DNA of 64,000 nt, taken from contig MU053645.1 in assembly GCA_013239625.1 (NCBI GenBank), forward strand, positions 496,001 to 560,000, given 5' to 3'. The translations under genes were made by a program, and so were the position numbers. Positions 38,237-52,329 of this stretch are shown in pieces; the stretch's first letter is position 1, and every line of letters starts with the position of its first letter. The notes below the pieces were generated by a model. It worked only from the letters and a program-made list of their open reading frames with translations. It ran no database searches and was not told the origin of the DNA. This DNA is from Lama guanicoe. Its lineage: Eukaryota.

Positions 38237-39441
38237 AAAACATAAGCAAAACATTCTCTGACATAAATCTTAGCAATGTTCTCCTAGGGCAGTAGAAATA
38301 AGAGTATAGGTCCCACACAAATGGGACCTAATTAAACTTATAAGCTTTTGCACAGCAAAGGAAACCATAAGCAAAACAAAACGACAGCCTATGCAATGGG
38401 AGAAAATATTTACAAATAATGTGACTGACAAAGGCTTAATTCCAGAATATATAAAAAGCTCATACAACTTAATAACAAACAAACAAACAACCCAATTCAA
38501 AAATGGGCAGAAGACCTAAACAAGCAATTTTCCAATAAACACACACAAATGGCCAGTAGGCACATGAAAAAATGCTCAATATCACTAATTATCAGAGAAA
38601 TGTAAATCAAAACTATAATGAAGTATCACCTCACACCAAGCAGAATAGCCATCATCCAAAAGTCCATGAGTGATAAATGCTGGAGAGGGTGTGGAGAAAA
38701 GGGAACCCTTCTACACTGCTGGTGGGAATGTAGTTTGGTGCAGCCACTGTGGAAAACAGTAGGAGATTCCTCAAAAAACTAAAAATAGACTTAACATATA
38801 ATCCAGCAATCCCAATTCTGGGTATATATCTGGAGGGAACTCTAATTCAAAAAGATACATGCACCCCAATGTTCATAGCAGCACTACATATACTAACCAA
38901 GACATGGAAGCAACCTAAATGTCTATCAACAGATGACTAGATAAAGAAGTTGTGGTATATTTATACAATGGAATACTACTCAGCCATAAAAAGAATAATG
39001 CCGTTTGCAGCAACATGGATGGACCTAGAGATTGTCATTCTAAGTGAAGTAAGCCAGAAAGAGAAAGAAAAATACCATATGATATCACTAATATGTGGAA
39101 TCTAAAAAAAGAAAATGGGCACCATGACCTCATGTACAAAACAGAAAGAGACCTACAGACACAGTAAACAATCTTATGGTTACTGGGGAAAGAGGGTGGG
39201 AAGGGCTAAATTTGGGAGTTTGAGATTTATAAATGTTAGCCACTATATATAAAGATAGATTTTAAAAAGTTTCTTCTGTATAGCACAGGGAACTACGTTC
39301 AATATCTTGTAATAAGCTTTAACGAAGAAGAATATGAAAATGAGTATATGTATGTATATGCATAACTGGGACATTGTGCTGTACACCAGAAATTGACACA
39401 TTGTAACTGACTGTACTTCAATAAAAATAAATAAATAAAAA
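38237..39441 (+). mobile_element. 5'-truncated LINE-1 (about 1.2 kb)
   Basis: ORF2 C-terminus ([27 protein letters not shown]), 3' UTR, (ATAA)n tail; TSD agaacattcaa 38223-38233 / 39442-39452. Confidence 0.95.
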
Positions 39442-39725
39442 AGAACATTCAAATTACAGTAAACAAATACTCTGTGAACAGATACTGTACATCTATTTAT
39501 TCACTGAGACTATGGGATGTTTTATTTCTTTCTTTAGTTTATTCCCTGTTTATGTTATCCAATCTTCTATGTAAGAATTTATTCACCTAAAAAGCTGAGA
39601 GGCATGGCTACAACTGAGTAAGGTGCTCGGTAAATCCTATCCTCAAAAAGCAACTATAAACTATGGGCAAATTGACAAAAAACAATTCAAGCAATCAGGA
39701 AACTGATTAAAGTCTTATAACATTT

Positions 39726-40358
39726 TTTATTGAGGTATAATTGGTTTACAATGTTGTGTCAATTTCTGGTGTGCAACGCAATTCTTCAGTCATACATGAA
39801 TATACATATATTCATTTTCATATTCTTTTTCACTGTTAGCTACTACAAGATATTGAATATATTTCCCTGTGCTATATAGTATAAACTTGTTTATCTATTT
39901 TATATACACCAGTCAGTATCTGCAAATCTCGAACTCCCAGTTTATCCTTTCCCATCCCTCTCCCCATGGCAACCAAAAGTTTGTATTCTATGTCTGTGAG
40001 TCTTTTTCTGTTTTATATATAAATTCATTTGTCTTTTTTTTAGATTCCACATATGAGTGATATCATATCCTGTTTTTCGTTCCCTTTCTGGCTTACTTCA
40101 CTCAGGATGACATTCTCCAGGGCCATCCATGTTGCTGCAAATGGCATTATGTTGCCATTTTTATGGCTGAGTAGTATTCCACTGTATAAATATACCACAA
40201 CTTCTTTATCGAGTCATCTATCGATGGACATTTAGATTGTTTCCATGTCTTGGCTATTGTAAATAGTGCTGCTATGAACATTGGGGTGCATGTATCTTTT
40301 CAAATTAGAGTTCCCTCCAGATATATATCCAGAAGTGGGATTGCTGGGTCACAGGGCA
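39726..40358 (-). mobile_element. 5'-truncated young LINE-1 (about 630 bp)
   Basis: Reverse L1 3' UTR/ORF2 end; TSD tataacattt 39716-39725 / 40359-40368. Confidence 0.92.
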
Positions 40359-41254
40359 TATAACATTTATTCATAAAAATATTGATGAACTTTGGATAAG
40401 AAAAGTAGGGATCTATGGTGGGGCTTCTCTTATCCTCACCACATCTTTCCTCTTCCACCCTACATAACTAAAGCAGGGATTTTATCAGTGGATGTCAGGC
40501 CATGAGAACTGGCAACTTCTCTGCCACAGTCATTGGGGGCTCACTTGATTTGGAAAGGTGAGCACTGGCAAAACTCATGTCTTATAGTGTTGTCAGTGGA
40601 AGTGATAATCTTGGAAGCAGGTGAGTGAGAAGGATTGACAGTTCGATTAACTCAAGGCTGCAGTCATGGTTGGGACATATATACCCCCAAATGAGGGCCA
40701 AGCAAGGTATACACAATGGACAACCTTGAGGCTGCACACATGTACATACTTATCAGAAGTAGATTCTGATAAGATGTACAAGGGCCTAGAAGGAAATAAA
40801 ATCTACACAGTCTAAACTTTGAATATGCTTCCCTACACATACACAGATACGTCAGCAAAGGCTTATGGGTTTGAAGTTCTAAATACAACCTATAATAAAC
40901 CTTTGGGAAACAACTAAGCTATGCTGACCCAGGAGCAACCTCTATGAAACCAGGCTTAAAAACAAGAACAAGAAAGAAAAACTTAGCAGTGATTTCATAG
41001 GCCATAAACTGCTGCAAAACAGACTTCACAGAATTAGTTCAAGCAGTTCACCAAAGAAAGAAAGAAACACAAAACAGCAACTACAATAAGCCACAGTGGT
41101 AAAGGAGAGATCAAAACCCAGAGTTCCTATGATATGTTATCTAATATGCTCAATTTTCAACAACAACAACAAAATAAAACATGAAAAGAAACATGAAACT
41201 ATGGCCTATACATAGGGGAAAAATCCGTCAATAAAACTGATAAAACTGTCCCCT

Positions 41255-41965
41255 ACACAAAAAGATTATCAACATCATTAATCATCAGGGGAACGCAAAT
41301 CAAAACCACAATGACATATCACCTCACACCTATTACAATGGCTATCATCAAAAAGACAACAAATGACATGTGAAGAAAAGGGAGTCCTTGTGCACTATTA
41401 GTAGAAAGGTAAATTGGTGCATCCACTATGGAAAACAGTATGGAGATTCCTCAAAACATTAAAAATAGGACTACCATATGATCCAGCAATTACACTCCTG
41501 TGTATTTATTCAAAGGAAACAAAAATACTAACTCAAAAATATATCTGCAAACCTATGTTCACTGAAGCATTTTTACAATAGCTAAGACATGGAAACAACC
41601 TAAGTTTCCATTGATGGATAAATAGATAAAGAAAATGTGTTATAAATATACAGTGGAGTATTATTTAGCCAAAGAAAAGAAGGAAATCTTGCCATTTCCA
41701 ACAACAAGGATGGACCCTAAGGGCACTATGCTAAGTGAAAAGTAAAGTAAGTCAGACAGAGAAAGGTGAATACTCTATTACCTTACTTATATGTGCAATA
41801 TAAAAAAAAAACTGAAATGAACTCATAGATACAGAGAATAGATGGTGGTTTTCACAGGTGGAGGTGGATGGACAAAATGAATGAAGGTGATCAAAATGCA
41901 TAACTTTCAGTTATAAATAAGTCCTGGAGGTGTAATGTACAGCATGTTGACTATAGTTAATACAT
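41255..41965 (+). mobile_element. L1MA-type 3' fragment nested in old L1
   Basis: gcaaatcaaaaccacaatgacatatcacctcacacc...aataagtcctggaggtgtaatgtacagcatg. Confidence 0.85.
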
Positions 41966-43967
41966 AATCTATATATCTGAGAAGTTCAACAAGCACCAAG
42001 TAGGGAAAACACAAAGCAATCCACACCTAGATATACCACAAACAAACCATTAAAAGTCAAGAACACAGACAAAATCTTGAAAGTGGCAAGGGAAAAAATA
42101 ATCCATTACATATAGGGAAGCATTAATATGATAAATGCGGACTTCATAAGAATGAAAGCTAGAATGACATTATTAAAAGTGCTAGAATTATACATACCTA
42201 AACATATACAAATAATTCTATATTCAGTGAAACTATCCTTCAAAAATGAAGGCTAAATAAGGATGTTCTTAGATTAACAAAGACTTAGAAAACATGCTGC
42301 TAGCTAGCCTGCCATGTAAAACATACTAAAGGAATACCTTTAAAGCTGAAAGGAAATGACACCAGACTCAGAGCCACAAGAGGAAAGGTAGAATACCAGT
42401 GAAGGTTATACGTAGGTTAATATAAATCTCTATATTTCTTTAAAAGACAAGATTATATGAAGAAATACTTAAAGCAGTATTATTATGTTGATCATAAAGA
42501 GATATATATGACAGCAATAGCACAAGGACGGAGAGGAATGGAACGTTATTGTTGTGAAGTTTGTATATTTTCCTGGAATCATATTGGTATTAATCTGACA
42601 GAGATTCTTTAAGACTAATATTGTAAGCCCTAGAGGAACCACTGAGAAAATAACTTTTTAAACTAATTAAAAATATACAGAGAAATTAAGATGGTACATA
42701 AAAAATTTAACACAAACGAAAGCAGTCAAGGGAAATTAAAGAACAAAGGAAGATAGAAGACAGAAAATAAATAGATTACAAATGTTAATCCAATCAAATC
42801 AATAATTATCTTAAATGTAAATTATCTAAATACCCAAAGTGAAAGGCAGAGATTTTCAGAATGGATAAAAAAAATGCAAGATACAATTATCTGCTGTTTA
42901 CAAGGGACACACCTTAGATTCGAAGACATAAATAAACTGAGTATAAAATGATGTGAAAAGATATACCATGTAAACAGTAGCCATACATTTGAAAGGTTTG
43001 CCGTAAAAGAGTTGAGGTGGCTACATTAATATCTGAAAAAGAGACAAAGATGAACATTCTATAATGATAAAACACATCATGGAGATATAACAATAAGAGT
43101 GTATCCACCTAACAATAGAGCCACAAACAAAACAAACCCAGAAATAATTGAAAAAAAATCACAATTCAATAATAAAGTTGGAGAGTTTTCATTATCTTGT
43201 TCTCAATAATGGATAAAAACAATTGGAATATCAGAAGAAAATACAAGATGTACACACTATCAAATTACTCAATCTAACTGACACACATAGAATTGTCCAA
43301 TTGTAGTCATTGGACTACAGATTACATAATCTTTTTAAGCACACACGAAATAATCTCCAGAATAGATTACATATTAGGCCATAAAACAAATCAAATTTTA
43401 AAAAATTAAAATCATACAAAATATATTCCTGAGTCTAACTGAATGAAAGAAAAATACAGGCCCAGATGGCTTCCTTGGAGAATTGTATTAAATATTTAAA
43501 GAACTGATATCAATCCTTCAAAAACTGTTTTGAAAACAGAGAATAGGAGGAAATACTTCCAAACTCAACTTTTGAGGCTTTTATTAGCCTGATATCAAAA
43601 CCAAAGTCATCGTAAGAAAAGAAAACTATAGATTAAGATATCCCTTATGAATATAGATACAAAAATTCTCAACAAAGAATATCAAATCCAGCAACATATG
43701 TAAAAATTACACACCACAAATAAGTAGGATTTATAACCATAAATGCAAGGTTTAACTTAACATCTGAAAATCAATTCATACTGTATTAATAAAGAATAAA
43801 AAATACATAATCATCTCAATAGATGCAGAAAAAGCATCTGACAAGATCTAGCACTCTTTTGTGATAAAACTTAACAAACTAGGAACATAAGGGATCTTCC
43901 TCAAACTGCTAAAATACATCTACAAATAACCCACAACTAACAATACTAATTGAGAAGGACTGAATGC

Positions 43968-45266
43968 TTTTTAATGTGCTGTTGGATTCTATTTGCTAAT
44001 ATTTTGGTAAGGATGTTTGCATCTATGTTCACCAGTTATATTGGTCTATAATTCTCTTTTTTGGTAGTTAGTGTCTTCGCCTGGTTTTGGTTTGGGTGAT
44101 GGTGGCTTCATAGAATGAGTTTGGGAGTATTCCCTCCTTTTCAATTTTCTGGAAGGGTTTGAGAAGGACTGGTATGAGTTCTTCTTTGTATGTTTGGTAG
44201 AATTCCCCAGTGAAGCCATCCAGTCCTGGAGTTTTATTTGTAGGGAGGATTTTTACTGCTAAATCGATTTCATTTCTAGTGATCAGTTTGTTAAGTGGTC
44301 AGTTTCTTCTTGATTCAGTCTTGTTTCCAGAAACTTGTCCATCTCCTCTAGGTTATCCAGTTTGCTTCCATATAGTTTTTCATAATATTCTCATATGATA
44401 TTCTGTATTTCTATGCTATTTGTTATAGTTTCTCCATTTTCCTTTATTATTTTGCTTATTTGTGCTCTTTTTTCTTTTTTGTGAGTTTGGCCAGAGGTTT
44501 GTCAATTTTATTTACTCTTTCAAAAAAACCAGCTTTTGGTTTGATTGATTTTTTCTACTGTTTCTTTAATCTCTATTTTACTTATTTCCTCCCTGATCTT
44601 TATAATTTCCTTCCTTCTGCTGACTTTTGGGTTTTTTTGCTTTTCTTTTTCTAATTCTTTTAGCTGGTGGGTTAGATTGTTTATTTGAGATTGTTCTTTT
44701 GTGAGGAAGGCCTGTATAGCTATAAACTTCCCTCTTAGCACTGCCTTTGCTGTGTCCCATAAATTTTGTGTGGTTGTGTTTCATTTTCATTTGTCTCAAG
44801 GTATTTTTTAATTTCAGCTTTGATTTCATCATTGACCCATTGGTTTTTTAATAGCATGTTGTTTAATCTCCATGCTTTCCTTTTTTTCTCCTTTGTTTCT
44901 CTGTAGTTGATTTCTAGTTTCATGGCATTGTGGTCAGTAAAGATGCTTGAGATAATTTCTATCTTCTTAAAATTGTTGAGGTTTCTTTTGTGCCCAAGTA
45001 CATGATCAATCCTAGAAAATGTTCCATGTGCACTTGAAAAGAATGTATATCCTATTTTTGGGGGGTGTAATGCTCTGAAAATACCCACCAAATCTAACTT
45101 TTCTATCATATCATTTAATTTCTCTGTTGCCTTACTTATTTTCTGTCTGAAAGATCTGTCTAGTGATGTTAATGCCGTGTTAAAATCTCTGACAATGACT
45201 GTATTCCCATCAATATCCCCTTTTATCTCTGTTAGTAATTGTTTTATGTACTTAGGTGCTCCTATA
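43968..45266 (-). pseudogene. LINE-1 ORF2 endonuclease-to-RT fragment (inverted part of a young L1)
   Basis: GAPKYIKQLL, DFNTALT, YTFFSSAHGTFSRIDHVLGHK, SIFTDHNAMKLEIN; frameshifted. Confidence 0.95.
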
Positions 45267-45905
45267 GTCATCCCACTCCTGGGCATATATCCAGAAGGAA
45301 CCCTACTTCAAAAAGACACCTGCATCCCAATGTTCATAGCAGCACTATTTACAATAGCCAAGACATGGAAACAGCCTAAATGTCCATCGACAGATCACTG
45401 GATAAAGAAGATGTAGTATAGTTATACAATGGAATACTATTCAGCCATAAAAATGACAACATAATGCCATTTTCAGCAACATGGATGTTCCTGGAGAATG
45501 TCATTCTAAGTGAAGTAAGCCAGAAAAAGAAAGAAAAATACCATATGAGATTGCTCATATGCAGTATCTAAAAAAAACAAAAAACAATAGCATAAATACA
45601 AAACTGAAACAGACTCACAGACATAGAATACAAACTTGTTCTTGCCAAGGGGGCAGGGGGTGGGAAGGAACAGACTGGGATTTCAAAATTTGTAGATACT
45701 GACAGGCATATGTAGAATAGATTAACAAGATTATACTGTATAGCACAGGGAAATATATACAAGATCTTGCGGTAGCTCACAGTGAAAAAAAATTTGACAA
45801 TGAATATACGTATATTCATGTATAACTGAAAAATTGTGCTCTACACAGGAATTTGACACATTGTAAAATGACTATAATGAAAAAATGTTAAAAAAAATAA
45901 AATAA
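45267..45905 (+). mobile_element. Sense 3' part of the inverted LINE-1
   Basis: IPLLGIYPEGTLLQKDTCIPMFIAALFTIAKTWKQPKCPS; 3' UTR similar to 23669-24280; A-rich tail. Confidence 0.93.
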
Positions 45906-46164
45906 AATATTAAAATAATTTCATTCACAATGTTATCAAAATGAATAAAATGCTCAGGTATAAATTCATCAAATGTAGTACAATACTTATATGCCAAAAA
46001 AACTACAATACATTGTTGAGAGAAATTAAAGAAAATATAAATAAATGGAAACACATCCTATGTTCATGGGTTGGAAGACTTGGTATTTCCAAGATGGCAA
46101 TTCTCTTCAAATTTGTCTATAAATTCAATGCAATCCCTGTTAAAATTATAGCTAGCTCTGTTTC

Positions 46165-46390
46165 TCTCTTCCTGCTGACTGAGAAAAAATGACAAAATTG
46201 TGTATATTTAAAGTGTATAATGTGATGATTTAATATACACATATGTTGTGAAATATTTACTATAATTAAGTTAATATATGTTAATATATCCATCATCTCA
46301 CAGTTACCTTTTTTTCCTTAGTGAGAACACTTAATGTATACTCTCAGTAAATTTCAAGTTTACAATACAGCATTATTAACAATAGTCATC
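46165..46390 (-). mobile_element. L1MA-type 3' tip nested in old L1
   Basis: tttaaagtgtataatgtgatgattt...gtgagaacacttaa...acagcattattaacaatagtca. Confidence 0.8.
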
Positions 46391-48224
46391 AGCAAGCTTT
46401 TTTTAAATAGAAATAGACACGTTAATCCTAAATTTTATGTGGTAATTCAAAAGACCCAGAATAGTCAAAACAGTCTTAAGAAAGAATATGGAATACTCAT
46501 ACTTCCTGATTTCAAAACATATTATAAACCACCAATGTGGTATTAGCACAATAATGGACAAATAGACTCAGTGGAACAGAAATGAGAATCTAGTAATGAA
46601 CCCTAACATTTATGGTCAATTTCTGATGAAGGTGCCACAAGAAGTATCAACACTCAAAATGCATCACAAGTGTAAGTATAGATGTAAATCTATAAATTTT
46701 CTAGACAAAAACATAAGAGAAAACTTTGTGTTCCTGACTTGGGTGAAGCATTTTTAGGAAGAAAAAAGCATTTTTAGAAAAGAAAGCACAATCCATAAAA
46801 GAAAATGTTAGTAAGTTGAACTTCTTCAAAAAAATTTTAATTGCACTTCAAAAGAAACCATTAATAATATGAAAAGATAAGATAGGCTGAGAGGACATAC
46901 TTGAAAATTATTTATCTGTTAAATAATTTATATCTAGTTTATATAAAGAATGTCTACAACTCAATAATGAAACGATAAACAACTCAATTTTAAAAGGACC
47001 ACAAGATTTGAATAGACAGTTCTCCAAAGAAGATATAGAAATGGCCAATAAGCACATGAGAAAATGCTCAACACCATTTGTCATTAGGGAAATGCAAAAC
47101 AAAACTACAATGAGATACCACTATATGCAAACAAAGATGACTATAATAAAAAAAAGTCAGATAATAAATGATAGTAAGAATGTGAAGAAATTGGAAGACT
47201 CATGGATTGCTAACAGGATTTTAAAATCTGACAAATTTCTCAGTTATACTTAGCATTACCTTATGACTCACTTAGCAGTTCTACTTTAAGATATATACCC
47301 AAGATAAATAAAAACATGTCCACATAAAATTTTGTACATGAATATTCATAGCAGTATTATTTATAGTGTTCAAAATGAAAACTACACAAGTGTCCATTAA
47401 CTGATGAATGGATAAACAAACTGGTATATCCAAATGAGGGAATATTATTCAGCCACGAAAAGGAACAAAGTACTGATGCATGCTACAATATGGATGGCCA
47501 TCAAAAACAGTGAAGAAAGCTAGCCACAATGGACCATATATTGTATAATTCCATAGTAAGTAAATAATGTGTAACTCATAGTAGGTATTCAGTCACTGCT
47601 GTGGTCTTTGTTGTCTTCTGATGCCTCAAGCTGATTCTCCAGGAATGTTCATAGCCTCGGCTCAGCCAGCCCTCCAGGTTATGTATCACTGCTATCCAAG
47701 AGAGACCTTACAAATAAATCCAGCATATCTTACATTTAGTGCATTTGCATAGCTCCAATATGCTATTCAGTGAAGAAGGATACACTCCATCAGGTATGGG
47801 AAAAGATGAGAAGTGTTCCTATTTGGGTTTCTTTTCAAACTCTACAGCACTTATTCAAAAAAAATTTAACCCATTCAATGCATTGCTCCTGATATTGCTG
47901 AATATTTTTATATAACCATTTTTTTCCTACTATTCCTTATATGGTTGAGCCACATAGTATGTACTCAAGATTTACTAGTTGTTTGATTGGTTGACCTCTG
48001 CAAGTGAGCCTACTGTAGGATGTAGGATGACAAAAGGATTTAGATGACAAAAGATGCCAAGTCACTTCCTTGGAAATATATTTGAGTAAGGAATGATTGT
48101 CTTAGGGTACCATAAAAGAGCAGTGTTTTCTTACAAAGAGACCAATGTCACAAGTTTTCCTCAGAAGTCTGAAGAGATTTGCCTCATCAATGAACTGATA
48201 TATTTATTTCTGCTAAACAGTGGT

Positions 48225-48440
48225 GGCTATGTAGTGTAGCACAGTGGTTAAGCAACGGATATTATGGGGCCAGATTGTACGGATTTTAATCTGAACTTCC
48301 TAGACTAAATTTGAATTCTAACTTACTCAGTCAGTCTATGCTTCAGTTACCTTATATGTAAAATGAACATAACAGATCTATTTTATAGGACTGTTTTGAG
48401 GATTAAATGACACATAGGACGTATTCAATAAATGTTGGTG
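48225..48440 (+). mobile_element. MIR SINE
   Basis: acagtggttaagc...cttcagttaccttatatgtaaaatg...gaggattaaatga. Confidence 0.75.
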
Positions 48441-49819
48441 ATAGACACGTTCTCTTCCACAATACCCCCAGTAAAAGGAGAAGAACAGAAAATCTAAGAG
48501 ATTTCCACAGTGCTATTAGTGGTATAGAGATGATATACAGTCTAGTTTCTTCAATGAATGGTCTCTGTATAGCTTGTTTTCCAGAGACCAGGAGGGAGGT
48601 TTATTCTACAGTCTTTGGAGAGTTAATCAAACTAGGCCAGTTGACTACAGTGAGTTGTATCACACAGCATCCTACATTCTTGATCTCTAAAATGTAGCAG
48701 AGTATAAATAATACCGTAAGGCTGTGTCTTATTCATATCTGTATCCTCAATGGCTAATATAATGTTTTTTACAAGCAACATACAGATAAAATGTTATGGA
48801 GATTCAAAGGAGGGAAATTACTAACAACTTAGGAAGGTGGAAAAGCAGTAAAAAGCTTGGTAGAAAAGATGTTAAAGCTGGTCAGGATTCAGACATGTCC
48901 AGCTGGAGAGAAAAGAAGCTGGGAGAAGATAATCTAAGGGAAGGCAACTATGTGCAAAGGGAAAGAAGGAAAAAAGTATAGGATGTGGAGAGGGGACAGT
49001 ATGAAGATTCATGAAAAGGGTAGGTAAAAGACTGGAAATGTAGGTTAAAATGCCTAATGTGTGTGTAAAGGTAGTGAGGAGGAGTGGAGCTTGGACTACA
49101 CCTACACCACTATGGAGTTTGGATTTTATCCTATGGCCAACATGGGATGGCTGAAATTTCTTATAGAAGAAAATGCTATGACTAGAGCTGCACATTAGAA
49201 AGAGTAAGCTGATGTGGGAAAAGGTAAAGAGAAGGAGAAGGATGGTCTAATTAGTAGGTTGTTTGAATAGTCCAGGCAATAGGTAACCTGGGTTAGAAAC
49301 AGGGAAAAGATCATGAGTAACATAAAGGACAGATTAAAGCGAAATTTCATGAGAAAGCATAAATGAGGATTTGACAATCTATCACATCCCTTTCTGCTTA
49401 GGCTATGTCACAGTTCAGCATTCAATACTCTCCACAATCTGTTCCAACTACTTTCTTCAGATTTATCTTTCACTAATCAAGCCACAGGCCTCATTCTCCA
49501 AGCTGTATTGGATTGCATTCCTTTATTACAGCATACCCTGCATTATCCACCTACCCCATTTATCTCTATATGTACAAATCCTACCCATCCTTGAAAGTTC
49601 AATTCAAATGTCACCTCTCTCATTAACTATTCCTAATTCTCCCCCAACCAGAATTAAATCCCTTTTCTATTCTCTCATAGCATTTTACTTTTACCTGTGG
49701 TTTAGCATTTATCTCAATTTGTACATAGATTCCACAATATTTTATCACCAAGAAAATAAAGTTCAAAAGCCTTACCATGGCATCCAAGGTCTCTAACACA
49801 AAAAAAGTATTTGGTTATT

Positions 49820-52050
49820 TGATCAATTCATTAATTGAGTCATCCAAAATATTCGTGTATCTAGTATATGCCAGGCACTTTGTTGAGCCCTGCAGATACA
49901 ATAGAGAAGAAGACAGATATAGTGCATATCTTATGGTGCATAAATTCTACTGGAAGAAGCAGAAAAAATGAATAAGTAAATAAACTGATTGAGGGTTGGA
50001 GTCAGTGATATGAAGGACATTCACAGGGGGCTGATAATGAAAATGATACAGATCAAGAAGGGGAAAGTCATATTTCAAATAAGCTGGTCAACAAAGTCCT
50101 AATTGAGAGTATGATATTTAAGTTAAGACCTAAAGGATAGGAAGGATGTAGTTTTGGGGGGAATATGGAGAAGGGCATTACAGGTAAAAGAATAGAATGT
50201 TCAAAGGCACTGAAATAAAATGGCATTCATCCAAAGTACATTCAAAGAACTGAAAGAAAACTGGCATTGAGCACAGTGAACGGTATGAGGTGAGGCTAGA
50301 GAGCAAGGCTTAGGCTTTGTGGGACATAGTAAGGACTATAGCTTTTTCCTCAAATTCAGTGAAAATTCACTTAAGAATTTAAAACAGTAGAGTAATATGA
50401 TTTAATTTAAATTTTAAAACGATTACTTTTACTGCTTGTTGGGTAATACAGGGGTAGGAATGGTTGAATGGAAAGCAGGTTGGAAGCTATTGCACTAGTC
50501 CAATCAAAAAATGATTCTGACTGGAACTAAGGAAAAGGCAATGTATGTGAAAAAAAAGAAGGCAGATTCATTATATATTTTGGAGATAAAATTGTCAGGA
50601 CATGCTGAAAAATTGGGTGTGGGAGAAAAGAAATAATCAAACATGATAAGTTTCTGATATGAGTAACTAAGTACTGCCCTTTGCTAAGATGCAGACTGCT
50701 CCTATAGGAGGCAGGTTTGGAGAGGACAGATAAGTTTGATTTGGGATATTTCCATTTTGAGATATCCATTACACAACAAATGAAAATGTCAGTTGGGCAG
50801 TTGGATATGAGGCAGGAACTCAATGGAGCAGAATAAACTGGATTAAATTATTTCAGAATCAATGGAACATAACGAAAGTTAAAGCCATGGGATTGGATGA
50901 AATTACTTAGAGAGCAAAGCGAGAGAAGAGAACCAAGCACTCAGTCCTGAAGAATCCTAACATTTAGAAGGTAGAGAACGAGAAGCCTACATACAAGATT
51001 TATTTAAAGCAGCTACTGAGGTAGATAAAACAAAAGGAAAGAGAGAGTAATATTGCTGAATGCAAAGACTATTTCAAGAAAAATAGTGAGGTAAATTGAG
51101 CCACATGCTACTCAGGTCAAGTAAGATGATAAAAGAGAAAGGTCCACTGGATTCTGCATCATGGAAGTTGTTGTTAACTGTGTCAAGAGTGTTTTCATTT
51201 GAGTTGTGGAGAAAGAAGACAGAAGGGAGAGGGTTAAAGGGTAAATGGAAGCTCATAAATTAAAGAAAGTAAATGTGGATAAATCTTTCAGTGAGTTTGA
51301 CTAGGATGAATAGCAGAGAAATAGAGATAGCTGGAGTAGAAGTGGGGTCAAGAAAGGTTGTTTCTTTTTGTAAAATGAGAGACTGGGAAGTAGGAAAGCA
51401 AGTTAATGTTGTTAGGATTGATAGAGTAAAGAAGGGAAAATTAATGATGTAGAAAAGGGCAAAAATAACTGAAGTAGCAAAAGTTTTGAAGAGGAGAAAG
51501 AGGATGGGAACTAAAGAGCAGGTGAGAGAATTTGCTTGTGATAAAAGGAAGGATATAACCTCATTTGGAAACTGTAGGAAAGAGAAGGAATATAAATACA
51601 TACAAAGGTAGGATTATAGACTTGGGCATGGGAAGATGAAGGAGTTTCTAGATGATGATGATGATAATAGCAAACACACACATTATTTGCCAGGCATTAC
51701 ACACCCACATCCACCCACATTCAGACACACTTAATCAAAACTATCAGGCAAGTACTATTATTATCTGCATTTTGTAAATGAAGAAACTGAAACACAAAAA
51801 GCTTAAGAAACTTGCTCAATGTTACACAGCTGGTATTCACATACAGGTGTATTTCACACCTAGTCATTGTAGATTCAAAGTTCATGCTTTGAACCATATG
51901 CTACTTTTTCAATGAGAGAAAAGATAAAGTAATCAGATATAAGAAAACTTGAAAAGCTTGGATGAAAGATGAAAACATATGAAATGGTTATTTTGATAAG
52001 TGGGAAGGTAAGCTTAAAGAGGAATATAGTAGAACTACTATGCAGTATTA
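49820..52050 (-). mobile_element. Long LINE-2 fragment with MIR inserted at about 51665-51900
   Basis: atgccaggcactttg, agttgggcagttggatat, aaagccatgggattggatga, ccactggatt reverse L2 motifs; purine-rich. Confidence 0.8.
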
Positions 52051-52329
52051 CATGCCTATTTTAGGTTTGAGATTAAATTTAAACAAACTAGTCAGCTACA
52101 ATTAACAGCAGGTTCAGAAAAGTAATATGTAGGTCTATGTTTCCGGTGAAATTATGGATTCCTTGAGGTGTAGAATGCACTTTTTCTTTTTGATCTGTGT
52201 ATTCACCACAGCATCCTGCAAATAATAAGCACCTAACATCTATTTAATTGAGCTTGTTTGCTCTATTGCTCCCAATTAAAATTATATGAGAAAGGATTGT
52301 TAAACAGTCCTTCTAACTATGATTCAAAG

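Larger units (their letters stand above)
39590..47545 (+). mobile_element. Old, degenerate, long LINE-1 (5' region, ORF1, ORF2 remnants) hosting four nested younger L1s
   Basis: Colinear ORF1 motifs at about 41980-42360, endonuclease region about 42790-43440, RT region to 43970, resumes about 45915 to 3' region 47545. Confidence 0.8.

Noticed and set aside
44735..45286. 183-aa endonuclease ORF as a functional gene
   Set aside because: Frameshifted L1 ORF2 fragment; its start codon comes from across the inversion junction.
49371..51601. Hydrophobic ORFs resembling membrane proteins
   Set aside because: They arise from pyrimidine-rich L2 remnants.
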